49,301 bases of DNA from Pseudomonadota bacterium. Lineage in GTDB: Archaea > Thermoplasmatota > SW-10-69-26 > JACQPN01 > JAJPHT01. The DNA lies in assembly GCA_021325135.1 (NCBI GenBank), contig JAJPHT010000032.1:1-49301 (forward strand), given 5' to 3'. Positions 9,559 through 18,318 of this stretch are shown in pieces (the stretch's first letter is position 1; each line of letters opens with the position of its first letter). Both the position numbers and the translations under genes were made by a program. Under the pieces are notes generated by a model, which worked only from the letters and a program-made list of their open reading frames with translations, searched no databases and had not been told where the DNA came from.

Positions 9559-10308
9559 ATGAGGACCCTCTCGCTTGCGACGCTCGTTGCCGCCGCTCTC
9601 TTCCTCTCCTCGCCCCCCCTCGCGGCGGGCACCATGCAGGACGGCGGCGGCCCCACGGCCTACCTCACGGACTCCTGCGGCCTTTCGCCCCCCACCGGCT
9701 GCATGAGCCCGGAGAGCATCGTGGTCCCCGGCGACAACGCGACGGTGGTGCTCACCCTCGTGAACAACGCGACGGGCGACGTGCGCATCGACGCCTGCAT
9801 GGGGAGCGGCTCGTCCAACGCGACCTCCGGCTCCACCATGGGCGCGACCTACGCCGCGTGCCCCACGCCCACCGGCGGCTCCAACGCCACGGGCGCGCCC
9901 AGCACCTTGTGCAGCACGATGGGGAGCGGCAACAGCACCGCGGGCTCCGGCGGCATGAACGCCACCAACGGCTCCTCGGGGGCCATGTCCTTCCCCGTGA
10001 CGGTGCCCGGCTGCGGCATGGCGCAGGTGAGCCTCACCCTGCCCGCCCAGGGCGCCGTGAGCCTGGTGCTCGCCGACAACGGCGTCGTCGTGGGCACCGT
10101 CTCCATGTCCCCCTCGTCGGGGATGAACAACACGACGACCACGCCCTTCGGGGGCACCACGACGACCCTCACGACGCCGACGACCACGACGCAGGAGTCG
10201 ACGGGCGGAACGCCGGCGACCACGAGCCGGGGCACGCCTGGCTTCGGGCTCCCCCTGGCGGTCGCCGCGGTGGCGGCCGCGCTGGTGCTCAGCCGCAGGA
10301 AGAAGTGA
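9559..10308 (+). CDS. Surface protein with PGF-CTERM archaeosortase signal
   Basis: Signal peptide, Ser/Thr/Gly-rich body, Thr-rich linker, TPGFG-hydrophobic-RRKK C-terminus. Confidence 0.85.
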   Translation: MRTLSLATLVAAALFLSSPPLAAGTMQDGGGPTAYLTDSCGLSPPTGCMSPESIVVPGDNATVVLTLVNNATGDVRIDACMGSGSSNATSGSTMGATYAACPTPTGGSNATGAPSTLCSTMGSGNSTAGSGGMNATNGSSGAMSFPVTVPGCGMAQVSLTLPAQGAVSLVLADNGVVVGTVSMSPSSGMNNTTTTPFGGTTTTLTTPTTTTQESTGGTPATTSRGTPGFGLPLAVAAVAAALVLSRRKK

Positions 10309-10316
10309 GATCGGCC

Positions 10317-10345
10317 CTTCCCCGGGGGGCCAAGCCCCCCGGAAG
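10317..10345. terminator. GC hairpin between convergent genes
   Basis: cttcc-cc-ggggggc-caa-gcccccc-ggaag. Confidence 0.5.
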
Positions 10346-10351
10346 ATCGGC

Positions 10352-11359
10352 TCAGTCGCGGATGCCTTCTTCGCTCACGCTGACGACCGCCTCGCCCTCG
10401 GGGAGGTGCGGGCTGTCGATGAGCCGCACGATGCGCTTGTTGCCCTTGGACTTGCGCAAGTAGAGGCGGAAGGTCGCCGTGTGGCCCACGATGTGGCCGC
10501 CCACGGGGCGCGTGGGGTCGCCGAAGAACGCGTCGGGCTTGGCGTGCACTTGATTCGTCACCGCGATGGCCGCGTTGTTCAGGTCGCCGAAGCGCAGGAT
10601 GTCGTGCATGAAGCGGTTGAGCTTGCCCTGGCGGTCGGCGAGCGTGCCGCGGCCGACGTACTCGGCGCGGAAGTGCGCGGTGAGCGAGTCGACGATCATG
10701 AGCTTGATGTTCTTGGACTTCGCCAGCTCGGTCGCCTTCTCCGCCAGGAGCATCTGGTGGTGCGAGTTGAAGGCGCGCGCCACGTGGATCTTGGAGAGCG
10801 CCTCCTTGGGGTCGAGGCCGATGGCGTCGGCCATCTGCACGATGCGCTCGGGGCGGAAGGTGTTCTCGGTGTCGATGACGATGACCTCGCCGCCCAGGCC
10901 GCCGTCCTCCGGGGGCATCTGCACGTTCACCGCGAGCTGGTGCATGAACTGGGTCTTGCCGGAGCCGAACTCGCCGTAGAACTCGGTGATGCTCTGCGTC
11001 TCCACGCCGCCGCCCAGGAGCTCGTCCAGGGCCTTGCTGCCGGTGGTGATCTTGCCCACCTTGCTGCGGCGGTCGGCGATGACGTCGCCGGTCTCGAAGC
11101 CGCCGACGTTCGCCATCTTGCGCGCGGCGGAGATGATCTTCACCGCGACCGCGTCACCCAGGTCGGCCGCCTCGGCGAGGTCGCTGGGGCTGGCGACGGC
11201 GATGGACATCATGTCCGTGTAGCCGGCCTCCTTCAGCTTCTCCGCGGTGGCGGGGCCGACGCCGGGCAGGTCGCCCACGTCGTTGATGATCTGGCCCTCT
11301 TCGGTGACCGGGGTGGTGTCTTCGGGTTCGATGGTCACGGTCGCAGCCTTCTTGGCCAT
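10352..11359 (-). CDS. radA: DNA repair and recombination protein RadA
   Basis: N-terminal Hh[13 protein letters not shown], Walker [27 protein letters not shown]; GGAGG SD before MAKK. Confidence 0.98.
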   Translation of the reverse strand: MAKKAATVTIEPEDTTPVTEEGQIINDVGDLPGVGPATAEKLKEAGYTDMMSIAVASPSDLAEAADLGDAVAVKIISAARKMANVGGFETGDVIADRRSKVGKITTGSKALDELLGGGVETQSITEFYGEFGSGKTQFMHQLAVNVQMPPEDGGLGGEVIVIDTENTFRPERIVQMADAIGLDPKEALSKIHVARAFNSHHQMLLAEKATELAKSKNIKLMIVDSLTAHFRAEYVGRGTLADRQGKLNRFMHDILRFGDLNNAAIAVTNQVHAKPDAFFGDPTRPVGGHIVGHTATFRLYLRKSKGNKRIVRLIDSPHLPEGEAVVSVSEEGIRD

Positions 11360-11513
11360 GGTTCCTCCAATCCTGCCGCCGGCCATCAGTCAGAACCCGG
11401 GCGGTCCGAAACTACCAGGGTGTGGTGCCGGTGCAGGCTCCCGGAGGGGCGTGCGTCGCATCAATCCTCTCCGGGAATAACCCTATGTTGGGGGCGCGGC
11501 CTGCCCCGCCACG

Positions 11514-11831
11514 ATGCCCGCCCCCATGGTCGACGTCCGCGAGGCCGCTGAGCGCCACAGGTCGGGCCAGGCCGTGCTCCTGGACGTCCGCGAGCCCTCG
11601 GAGCTGGCCTTCGCCCGCGTCGAGGGGGCCCTCCACGTGCCCATGCGCGAAGTCCCCCGCCGCCTGGCGGAGATCCCCCGGGAGCGCCCCGTGCTGGTCC
11701 TCTGCCACCACGGCGGGCGCTCCCAGGTGGTGGCGGACTGGCTCCTGGCCAAGGGGTACGTCGCCCAGAACGTCGCGGGCGGCATCGACGCATGGGCCGA
11801 CGAGGTCGACCCGTCCCTCTCCCACTATTAG
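11514..11831 (+). CDS. Rhodanese-like sulfurtransferase
   Basis: LLDVREP.E, CHHGGRS, GGIDAW. Confidence 0.92.
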   Translation: MPAPMVDVREAAERHRSGQAVLLDVREPSELAFARVEGALHVPMREVPRRLAEIPRERPVLVLCHHGGRSQVVADWLLAKGYVAQNVAGGIDAWADEVDPSLSHY

Positions 11832-12046
11832 GGGAGCGTCACGGAGCAGGGGACCGGCACGGAGCCCGTGTCCAGGTACGGGCAGACGTCCACGTTGACG
11901 TAGAGATAGCAGCTCTGGCCGTAGACGTTGAGGGGGCCCTCGTGGACATTCGCGCCCAGGCACCAGGGGTGCGGAAGGGGCGGGGCCGCGCTGGCGGCGG
12001 GGGCGAGGGCGACGAGGACGAGGGCGGCAAGGAGCAGGGCGCGCAT
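11828..12046 (-). CDS. Small secreted 4-Cys protein (72 aa)
   Basis: MRALLLAALVLVALAPAASA signal peptide; ends CSVTLP. Confidence 0.7.
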   Translation of the reverse strand: MRALLLAALVLVALAPAASAAPPLPHPWCLGANVHEGPLNVYGQSCYLYVNVDVCPYLDTGSVPVPCSVTLP

Positions 12047-12158
12047 GCAGGGTCCCGGACGGGGGGCCGCCGGCTTCAGGCCTGCGTCGGCGCAGCGTGC
12101 GGGCTCTGCCCTGCAGAAGGCCGAGGCCGAGATACGTCTGGGACGCCTTCTCCCGTCC

Positions 12159-12770
12159 ATGGGCGATCCCACGCTGAGCGCGCAGGAGGCCGCGGCCGCC
12201 ATCCGGTCGCTCCAGGACGCGGACGCGATGATCCGCCGCCGCACGGCGGGCCTCATGTGGATGATCTGGGGGCTCGTGGCCCCGGCGATCTTCGCGAGCT
12301 ACGGCTTCGCCTCCGCCGCGGACCCGCAAGGCCTCTGGTGGCGCCTCCTCTGGCTGCCGTGGGCGGCGGCGGGGGTGGGCGCCACGGTCGCGCTGTGGCG
12401 CTCCGCGGGGCTCGCCATGCGGACGCGGGAGCGCCCGCCCCGCGCGGAGGTGGCGTGGCACGTCGGCCTCTTCGTCGTCCTCGTGGTGGGGAGCGCGGTC
12501 CTCGTGCAGGCCCTGGGCGCGCCGGTGAGCGTCCCCGCCGCGGTGCTGGCGGCCCTGGGCGTCGCGAGCATGCTGCTGGGCGCCTTCGGGCTCCTCGCGC
12601 GGGACGCCGTGGAGCGGCGCGCCAGCGTGGCCGCGGGCGCTCTCCTCGTGGCGGCGGCCGCGGCGTGCGCGCTCAGCGGCACCGGCGCGCAGCTCCACTT
12701 CGTCGTGGGCGCCCTGGCCTCGGGGCTCGCGTTCTACGGCGCCGGCGTCCTCCTGGCCATGCGGGGCTGA
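12159..12770 (+). CDS. Multi-pass membrane protein
   Basis: About 6 TM segments; directly upstream of a wHTH gene. Confidence 0.75.
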   Translation: MGDPTLSAQEAAAAIRSLQDADAMIRRRTAGLMWMIWGLVAPAIFASYGFASAADPQGLWWRLLWLPWAAAGVGATVALWRSAGLAMRTRERPPRAEVAWHVGLFVVLVVGSAVLVQALGAPVSVPAAVLAALGVASMLLGAFGLLARDAVERRASVAAGALLVAAAAACALSGTGAQLHFVVGALASGLAFYGAGVLLAMRG

Positions 12771-12776
12771 CCCCCC

Positions 12777-13058
12777 GTGGAGCTGGACCCGCTGATCCAC
12801 CAGGCCACCCGCCTGCGCGTCATGGCGCTCCTCGCCCGCAACCGCGAAGCGCCCTTCACCTGGATGCAGGAGACGCTGGGGCTGACGCCGGGCAACCTCG
12901 ACAGCCACGTGCAACGCCTGGTGGAGGCGGGGTACGTCCACCAGTGGCGCGCCCTCACCGCGTCGGGCTTCCAGTCGCGCGTGCGCCTCACGCCGGAGGG
13001 GGACGCGGCCTACCGGGCGTACCTCGCGGCCCTGCGCGCGGTGCTGGAAGGCGCCTGA
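12777..13058 (+). CDS. Winged-helix transcriptional regulator (ArsR/HTH_34-like)
   Basis: LDPLIHQATRLRVMALL, LTPGNLDSHVQRL. Confidence 0.9.
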   Translation: MELDPLIHQATRLRVMALLARNREAPFTWMQETLGLTPGNLDSHVQRLVEAGYVHQWRALTASGFQSRVRLTPEGDAAYRAYLAALRAVLEGA

Positions 13059-13122
13059 CCTCTGCCGCGCAGAGGAACGCCACCGGGAAGCCTTCCGCCG
13101 CCCTCCTGGGCACGGGATCATC

Positions 13123-13335
13123 ATGTGGTTCTGGCCCTTCGGTCTGGTCTTCTTCGGTCTGCTCGCGACCTTCCTCGTCCTGCGCCTCGTCCTCTGGCGC
13201 CGCTGGGGGTGGGGCGCGTGCGGCGGCTGGGGCGCGTATCCCATGGACGCCAACGAGGCGCTGCGCATGCGCCTGGCGCGCGGCGAGATCCGCGAGGACG
13301 AGTACGCCCGCCTCAAGGAGGCGCTCCGCAAGTGA
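13123..13335 (+). CDS. SHOCT-domain membrane protein
   Basis: TM followed by ALRMRLARGEIREDEY. Confidence 0.85.
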   Translation: MWFWPFGLVFFGLLATFLVLRLVLWRRWGWGACGGWGAYPMDANEALRMRLARGEIREDEYARLKEALRK

Positions 13336-13724
13336 CGACGGGCTATCAGATCGGCCTCGCCGTGCACGTCCTCGCCGCCATGACGCTCGTCGTGGGCCTC
13401 GCCCTGCGCGCGCGGCCGCTCCTGGGCGCGGGCGGGGGACTCGCCCTCCTCAGCGGCCTCTTCCTGGCCTCGCAAGGGTGGGGCTTCCAGCCGTGGACGG
13501 CCCTCGGCCTCGTGGGGCTCGTGGCGCTGGGCGCGGGCGGCGCGCGCCTGCCCCCCGTCCCCGCCGCGCAGGGCGCGCTCCTGGGGCTCGCCGCAGGTGT
13601 GGTCTGGCTCATGGCGACGAAGCCCGGATGGACGGGCGCCCTGCTGGCGCTCGTGATATCATCCTTGCTGGGGCTGGCGGCGGGGCGCTACTGGGGCGTC
13701 AGGCGCGAGCGCGCCGTGGTGTGA
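13332..13724 (+). CDS. Small multi-TM protein
   Basis: GTGA start/stop overlap; hydrophobic; WLMATKP motif. Confidence 0.65.
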   Translation: MTTGYQIGLAVHVLAAMTLVVGLALRARPLLGAGGGLALLSGLFLASQGWGFQPWTALGLVGLVALGAGGARLPPVPAAQGALLGLAAGVVWLMATKPGWTGALLALVISSLLGLAAGRYWGVRRERAVV

Positions 13725-14485
13725 AGCTCGTCCGCCGTGCCGCGCACGCGCGTCTCCAGCGCGTCCACCGCGACGCGGGCGCCCGGCGCCAGCGCGCGCG
13801 CCTGCTTCACGCACTCGTCGTGGAGCGTCACGCGCACGCGCCCCTCCGGGGTGTCCAGGTCGAGGTCCGCCAGGAACTCGACGCCGCCTTCGGGCTTGGG
13901 CTGGACGCGCGTCGCGTGGAGCTGCCGCAGGGCGCCCTCGACGCGGTCGCGCGGCTTCGCGGGCTCGGGGTCCGCCATGACGTCGGCCAGGAGCTTGCGC
14001 TTCGCGGCGTCGGGCGCGCCCTCCACCTCCAGCACGGTCCAGGGCCCGACGTGAAGCTCGACGCCCCACCGGCTCTCCTTGACGCGGGCGTTGACCAGCG
14101 TGATCCGCGCGCCGACGCGCAGCGTGCCGTCCAGAGTCTTGTCCACGTCCTTGTCCCACAGCACGACGCGCGCCTCCCCGGTGGCGTCGCTCACCAGGAC
14201 GTTGCAGACGCGGCCCTCGGGGCGGCCTTCGCGCTGGAAGGTGCGCTCGGGGTCGATGCGCGCGACAGTGACGCGCACGGTGGCCTCGCCGCGGCCCGAG
14301 AGGTCGTCCAGCGTCGCGAACGCGCCCTCGTTGAAGCCAAGCTCGTCGAGCACGAGGAGGGCCAGCGCCTCGTCGTCCAGCAGGTCGCCGAACTCGGCGC
14401 GGGCGGCGCGGATGCGCGCGAGGAACTCCTCCTCGCTCATCTTGCCGGCGAGCTTCGCGTAGTGCGGCGCGAGCGCGGGGTCCAC
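13688..14485 (-). CDS. Replication protein A / OB-fold ssDNA-binding protein
   Basis: FGDLLDDEALALL N-domain; OB fold V.NVLVSDATGEARVVLWD; a second, degenerate OB fold. Confidence 0.85.
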   Translation of the reverse strand: MDPALAPHYAKLAGKMSEEEFLARIRAARAEFGDLLDDEALALLVLDELGFNEGAFATLDDLSGRGEATVRVTVARIDPERTFQREGRPEGRVCNVLVSDATGEARVVLWDKDVDKTLDGTLRVGARITLVNARVKESRWGVELHVGPWTVLEVEGAPDAAKRKLLADVMADPEPAKPRDRVEGALRQLHATRVQPKPEGGVEFLADLDLDTPEGRVRVTLHDECVKQARALAPGARVAVDALETRVRGTADELHTTARSRLTPQ

Positions 14486-14524
14486 GCGGCGCGATGACGA
14501 GGGGGAGACAAGAGCCTTGTCCCG

Positions 14525-15520
14525 TCAGCGCAGCGTGTAGACGTCCTGGCGCGCGTCGCGCAGCGAAGGCTCCTTGGTGAGGAACCCCTGGGAGAGGAGG
14601 AACGTCACGGCGTTGCGGATGGTGCGCGGCGAGAGGCCCGACTCGCGGATCATCTCCTGCTGCGTCAAGGGGCCCTCGAACTCCAGGAGCTTCAGCACGA
14701 AGCGCGCGCTGGGGGGCGCCTCGCCCAGGATGGGGCTGGGCTCGCCCTCGCGCTTCAGCTTGCCCAGAATGCGCGTGTACCTCTTCTCGCCGAAGCGCAC
14801 GAAGCGCGCGGGGACGTCGTGGCGCGCGATGCGGATGACCTCGTTGCGGCCGATGCGCACGCGCTCGCGCCCGTCGAGCACCATGTCCACGCCCGAGGTC
14901 GCGGTGACGTCGGTCACGGAGACGCGCGCCTCCTGCGTCACGACGAGGGGGTGGTGGTCGTCCCCCGAGCAGATGGGCACGCAGGAGAAGACCCGCGCCC
15001 GCGCCAGCACGATGGGCCCCCCTGCCGAGAGCGCGTAGGCCGTGCTGCCCGTGGGCGTCGCGACGATGACGCCGTCGCCGCGGTCGCGCCAGACCAATTC
15101 GTCGTCGATCCAGAGGGAGTAGCGCACGAACTGGCCCGCCTGCGCCGAGACGACGGCCGCCTCGTTGAGCGCCGCGTACTCGCGCTCGCCCACCACGCAG
15201 CGCATCCGGTCCACGGGCTCCACCCAGAAGTCCCCCGACCGGAGGCGCTTCACGTTGGCCTCGAACTCGGAGACGGTGACCTCCATGAGCACGCCGAAGC
15301 CCGCGCTGCCCACGCCCAGGACCGGGATGTCGGGCGCGCGCTCCCGCAGCGTCGCCAGGAGGAACGCGTTGTCGCCCACCACCACGAGGACCTCCCCCCG
15401 GGCCTCCGCCGCGCTGGCGAACCGCTCGTGGGGAATGCGCGCCGCCTTGAGCGCCGCCACCACGCGGCGCCCCTCGGCCTCCGCCTCCGCCTCGGGGCGC
15501 ACCACCACGCTGACGAACAC
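14525..15520 (-). CDS. NAD kinase-like domain fused to C-terminal winged HTH
   Basis: ALNE and GDGVIVATPTGSTAYALSAGGP motifs; GGDG replaced by VGDN; C-terminal PPSARFVLKLLEFEGPLTQQEM..SPRTIRNAV..L..SLRDARQ. Start uncertain. Confidence 0.85.
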   Translation of the reverse strand: MFVSVVVRPEAEAEAEGRRVVAALKAARIPHERFASAAEARGEVLVVVGDNAFLLATLRERAPDIPVLGVGSAGFGVLMEVTVSEFEANVKRLRSGDFWVEPVDRMRCVVGEREYAALNEAAVVSAQAGQFVRYSLWIDDELVWRDRGDGVIVATPTGSTAYALSAGGPIVLARARVFSCVPICSGDDHHPLVVTQEARVSVTDVTATSGVDMVLDGRERVRIGRNEVIRIARHDVPARFVRFGEKRYTRILGKLKREGEPSPILGEAPPSARFVLKLLEFEGPLTQQEMIRESGLSPRTIRNAVTFLLSQGFLTKEPSLRDARQDVYTLR

Positions 15521-15608
15521 GCGGGAGCGACCACGACCGGCGCCATCAAGATGCCGCCGCGGGAACGGAATCGCAACGGTTTTGCATGGCAGCCGGGGAG
15601 GCCTATCC

Positions 15609-16004
15609 ATGCATGGCCACCACGTCCGGAACGGCGCCACCCTGACCTCCGGCGTCCGCGCCCCCGCCGCCCTCACCGTCGGCCGACACGCCCGCATCCA
15701 CGGCGGCGTCAACGCCCGGGGCCCCGTCCACCTGGCCGCCGGCGCCATCGTCGAGGGCGACCTCGTCGCCGTGGGCGACGTCGTCATCGGCCCCGGAGCC
15801 CTCGTCGCCGGCACCGTGCGCGCCGAAGGCAACGTCCACCTCCTGGACCGCGCCGCCGTCGCCGGACCCGTCGACGCCGCCGCGGACGTGCTCCTCCGCC
15901 CCGGGGCCCGGTGCGGCGCCCTCCACGCCGGAGGGGACCTCACCCTCTGGCACGGGGCCAGGCATGGGGCGCTGGACGTGAAGGGGGTTGTGAGGACGGC
16001 CTAG
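15609..16004 (+). CDS. Bactofilin-like beta-helix (polymer-forming) protein
   Basis: About 17-aa repeats V.G.[VL].A.G.V.[IL]..GA. Confidence 0.7.
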   Translation: MHGHHVRNGATLTSGVRAPAALTVGRHARIHGGVNARGPVHLAAGAIVEGDLVAVGDVVIGPGALVAGTVRAEGNVHLLDRAAVAGPVDAAADVLLRPGARCGALHAGGDLTLWHGARHGALDVKGVVRTA

Positions 16005-16015
16005 GGCGGGCCCCA

Positions 16016-16183
16016 CCACGGGCGTGACCACGGGTATCCCCCCGCGACCGCCCCGGGTGTGACCACACCCGGGGGAGCGCGACCGCGACTTGCGTAACCG
16101 GATTTCGCTCCAACCGATCTCAGCCCCACGGGCGTGACCACGGGTGCGGGGCGAACGCCCCGCACCCGTGGTCACGCCCGTGG
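16016..16183. repeat. GTGACCAC-core repeat cluster with a 28-bp perfect hairpin
   Basis: 20-bp direct repeat 16016-16035/16126-16145; perfect IR 16126-16183; 11-bp IR 16051-16074. Confidence 0.9.
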
Positions 16184-16226
16184 CAGCCGTGCAAGCCTTT
16201 TTCGCAGGCTCCTCGCTGCCCCGCCT

Positions 16227-18200
16227 GTGCCCACGTCCTTCGAGATCAGGGGCCGCGACGCGGCGGCGCGCCTGGGCAGGTTCGCGACGGACCACGGCAC
16301 GGTGACGACGCCGACGCTCCTGCCGGTGCTCAACCCGAACATCGACTACATCTCCGCCCGCGAGATGCGCCAGAGGTTCGGCACCGAGATGGTCATCACC
16401 AACTCCTACGTCATCCGCAAGAGCGAGCGGCTGCGGGAGGCCGCGCTGGCGGAGGGCGTCCACAAGCTCATCGACTGGGACGGGCCCGTGATGACGGACT
16501 CGGGGACGTTCCAGATGTACGTCTACGGCAAGGTGTCCGTGGCGCCCGAGGAGATCGTGGCGTTCCAGCGCGACATCGGCGTGGACGTGGGGACGATCCT
16601 GGACATCTTCTCGACGCCCGACCGCACGCACGCCGAGGCGCGGGAGGACATGGAGGAGACGCTGGCCCGGGCGCGGCGCGCGACGGAGATCAAGGGCCCC
16701 ATGGCGCTGGCGGCCACCGTGCAGGGGGGCGTTCATCCCGACCTGCGGACGGAGTGCGCGTCGCGCTACGCGGAGATGGCGGCGGACTTCCACCCCATCG
16801 GGGGCGTCGTCCCTCTGATGGAGCGCCAGATGTGGGCGACGCTGGCGGACGTCATCGTGGCCTCGAAGCAGGGGCTGGACCCCTCGCGGCCCGTGCATCT
16901 CTTTGGCGCCGGGCACCCGCAGATGTTCGCCTTCGCCGCGCTCCTGGGGTGCGACTTCTTCGACAGCAGCAGCTACGCGAAGTACGCCAAGGACGGGCGC
17001 ATGATGTTCGAGGACGGCACGCGCCACCTCGCGGACCTGGGCGAGAACCCGTGCGCGTGCGAGGTCTGCTCGCGCCACACGCCCGCGGAGCTGCGCTCGC
17101 TGCCCGAGAAGGAGCGCGAGCGCGCGCTGGGCCTCCACAACCTGGCGGTGTCGTTCGCGGAGATCCGCCGCGTGCGCGAGGCCATCCGCGCCGGCCGCCT
17201 GTGGGAGCTGGCCACCGCGCGCTGCAAGACGCACCCGGCGCTCATGGACGGGCTGCGCCGCGCGCTGGACCACGCCGCGTGGATCGAGACGCTGGAGCCC
17301 GTGAGCAAGCCCAGCGCGTTCTTCCACACGGGCGCCTCCTCCGCGCGCCGCCCCGAGGCGCTGCGGGCGCGCCAGCGGCTCCTGGCCCACTGGAGCCCGC
17401 GGGGGCGCGACGTGTTCCTGCTCCCCGCCCCGGCGCAGAAGCCGGTGGGCGAGGCCTATGCCGAGCTTCTGCCCCGGCTCGCGGGGCGCGACGTGGTGCC
17501 CGCGGCGCGCAGCGCGTTCGGCCCCGTCCCCTTCGCGCTGGACGGCACGTACCCCTTCGCGCAGAGCGTCGAGCCCGCGCAGCTGGACGTGGAGACGCGC
17601 CAGCGCCTGGACGACTTCCTCCAGGACTTCGCCGGGCAGCACGGCGTCCGCGTCGTGGACTGGAACGGCGGCGACATGCTGGAGACGCTGCACCCCGAGC
17701 AGAAGGCGGAGCCCGAGGACGCCCTCGCGGAGCGGGCGCGCGCCATCGCGGACTACCAGTTCGGCGCGGGGGCGGGCGACGCGCTCCTGGAGGGCAAGGT
17801 GGAGATCCGCGCCTCGCAGAACACGGGGAAGATCCGCAACGTCAGCGCGGGGGGCGAGCACGTGCTCTCGCTGCGCGCGGAGGACGGGCTCTTCACGCTG
17901 AAGATTGCGGGGGCGCGGCGCCTGCACAAGGCGTTCCCCTTCCCGCGGATGCGCGTCGTGGTGGCGGCGGACAGCGTCCCCTTCAACCGCGAGGGGAAGA
18001 ACGCCTTCGCGCAGTTCGTGGAGAAGTGGGACCCCACGCTGCGGCCCGGGGACGAGTGCCTGCTGGTGGACTGGTCCGACAACCTGGTCGCGTGCGGCCA
18101 GATGCATCTCGCCCCCAGCGAGCTGGGCCGCTTCCGGAAGGGGCTCGCCGTCCACGTCCGGGAGGGCGTCGGACCGATGACGGCTCCGTCAAAGGCCTGA
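16227..18200 (+). CDS. tgtA: Archaeosine tRNA-guanine(15) transglycosylase
   Basis: ITNSYVI, MTDSGTFQ, HLFGAGHP, GCDFFDSSSY, CxCxxC zinc site, C-terminal PUA domain. Confidence 0.96.
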   Translation: MPTSFEIRGRDAAARLGRFATDHGTVTTPTLLPVLNPNIDYISAREMRQRFGTEMVITNSYVIRKSERLREAALAEGVHKLIDWDGPVMTDSGTFQMYVYGKVSVAPEEIVAFQRDIGVDVGTILDIFSTPDRTHAEAREDMEETLARARRATEIKGPMALAATVQGGVHPDLRTECASRYAEMAADFHPIGGVVPLMERQMWATLADVIVASKQGLDPSRPVHLFGAGHPQMFAFAALLGCDFFDSSSYAKYAKDGRMMFEDGTRHLADLGENPCACEVCSRHTPAELRSLPEKERERALGLHNLAVSFAEIRRVREAIRAGRLWELATARCKTHPALMDGLRRALDHAAWIETLEPVSKPSAFFHTGASSARRPEALRARQRLLAHWSPRGRDVFLLPAPAQKPVGEAYAELLPRLAGRDVVPAARSAFGPVPFALDGTYPFAQSVEPAQLDVETRQRLDDFLQDFAGQHGVRVVDWNGGDMLETLHPEQKAEPEDALAERARAIADYQFGAGAGDALLEGKVEIRASQNTGKIRNVSAGGEHVLSLRAEDGLFTLKIAGARRLHKAFPFPRMRVVVAADSVPFNREGKNAFAQFVEKWDPTLRPGDECLLVDWSDNLVACGQMHLAPSELGRFRKGLAVHVREGVGPMTAPSKA

Positions 18201-18259
18201 CAGGTTCAAAGGAATCGGGGGTCGCGTGGCGAACGCTTGCACAAGACCCCCGCAAACCT

Positions 18260-18305
18260 CTTATAACGACGGATGAACTGCGTGCAACGCTGTGCCTAGG
18301 CACAG
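18260..18305 (+). promoter_or_regulatory. TATA box plus 16-bp perfect palindrome at the predicted transcription start
   Basis: CTTATAA at 18260-18266; CTGTGCCTAGGCACAG at 18290-18305. Confidence 0.55.
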
Positions 18306-18318
18306 GGGGCTTGCATCC

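Noticed and set aside
11439-11476. Inverted repeat TCCCGGAG..CTCCGGGA upstream of radA
   Set aside because: Could be an operator, but there is no second instance or supporting evidence in the window.
12044-12060. GGACCCTGCATG shared upstream of ATGs at 12046 (-) and 44209 (+)
   Set aside because: Only a 12-bp match including the ATG; TATA spacing favours the 44188 start; likely chance.
11792-14497. Very long Arg/Gly/Pro-rich ORFs (e.g. 11792-14497, 21995-24754, 15603-18155, 37780-40350)
   Set aside because: Shadow ORFs of high-GC DNA overlapping well-supported genes.
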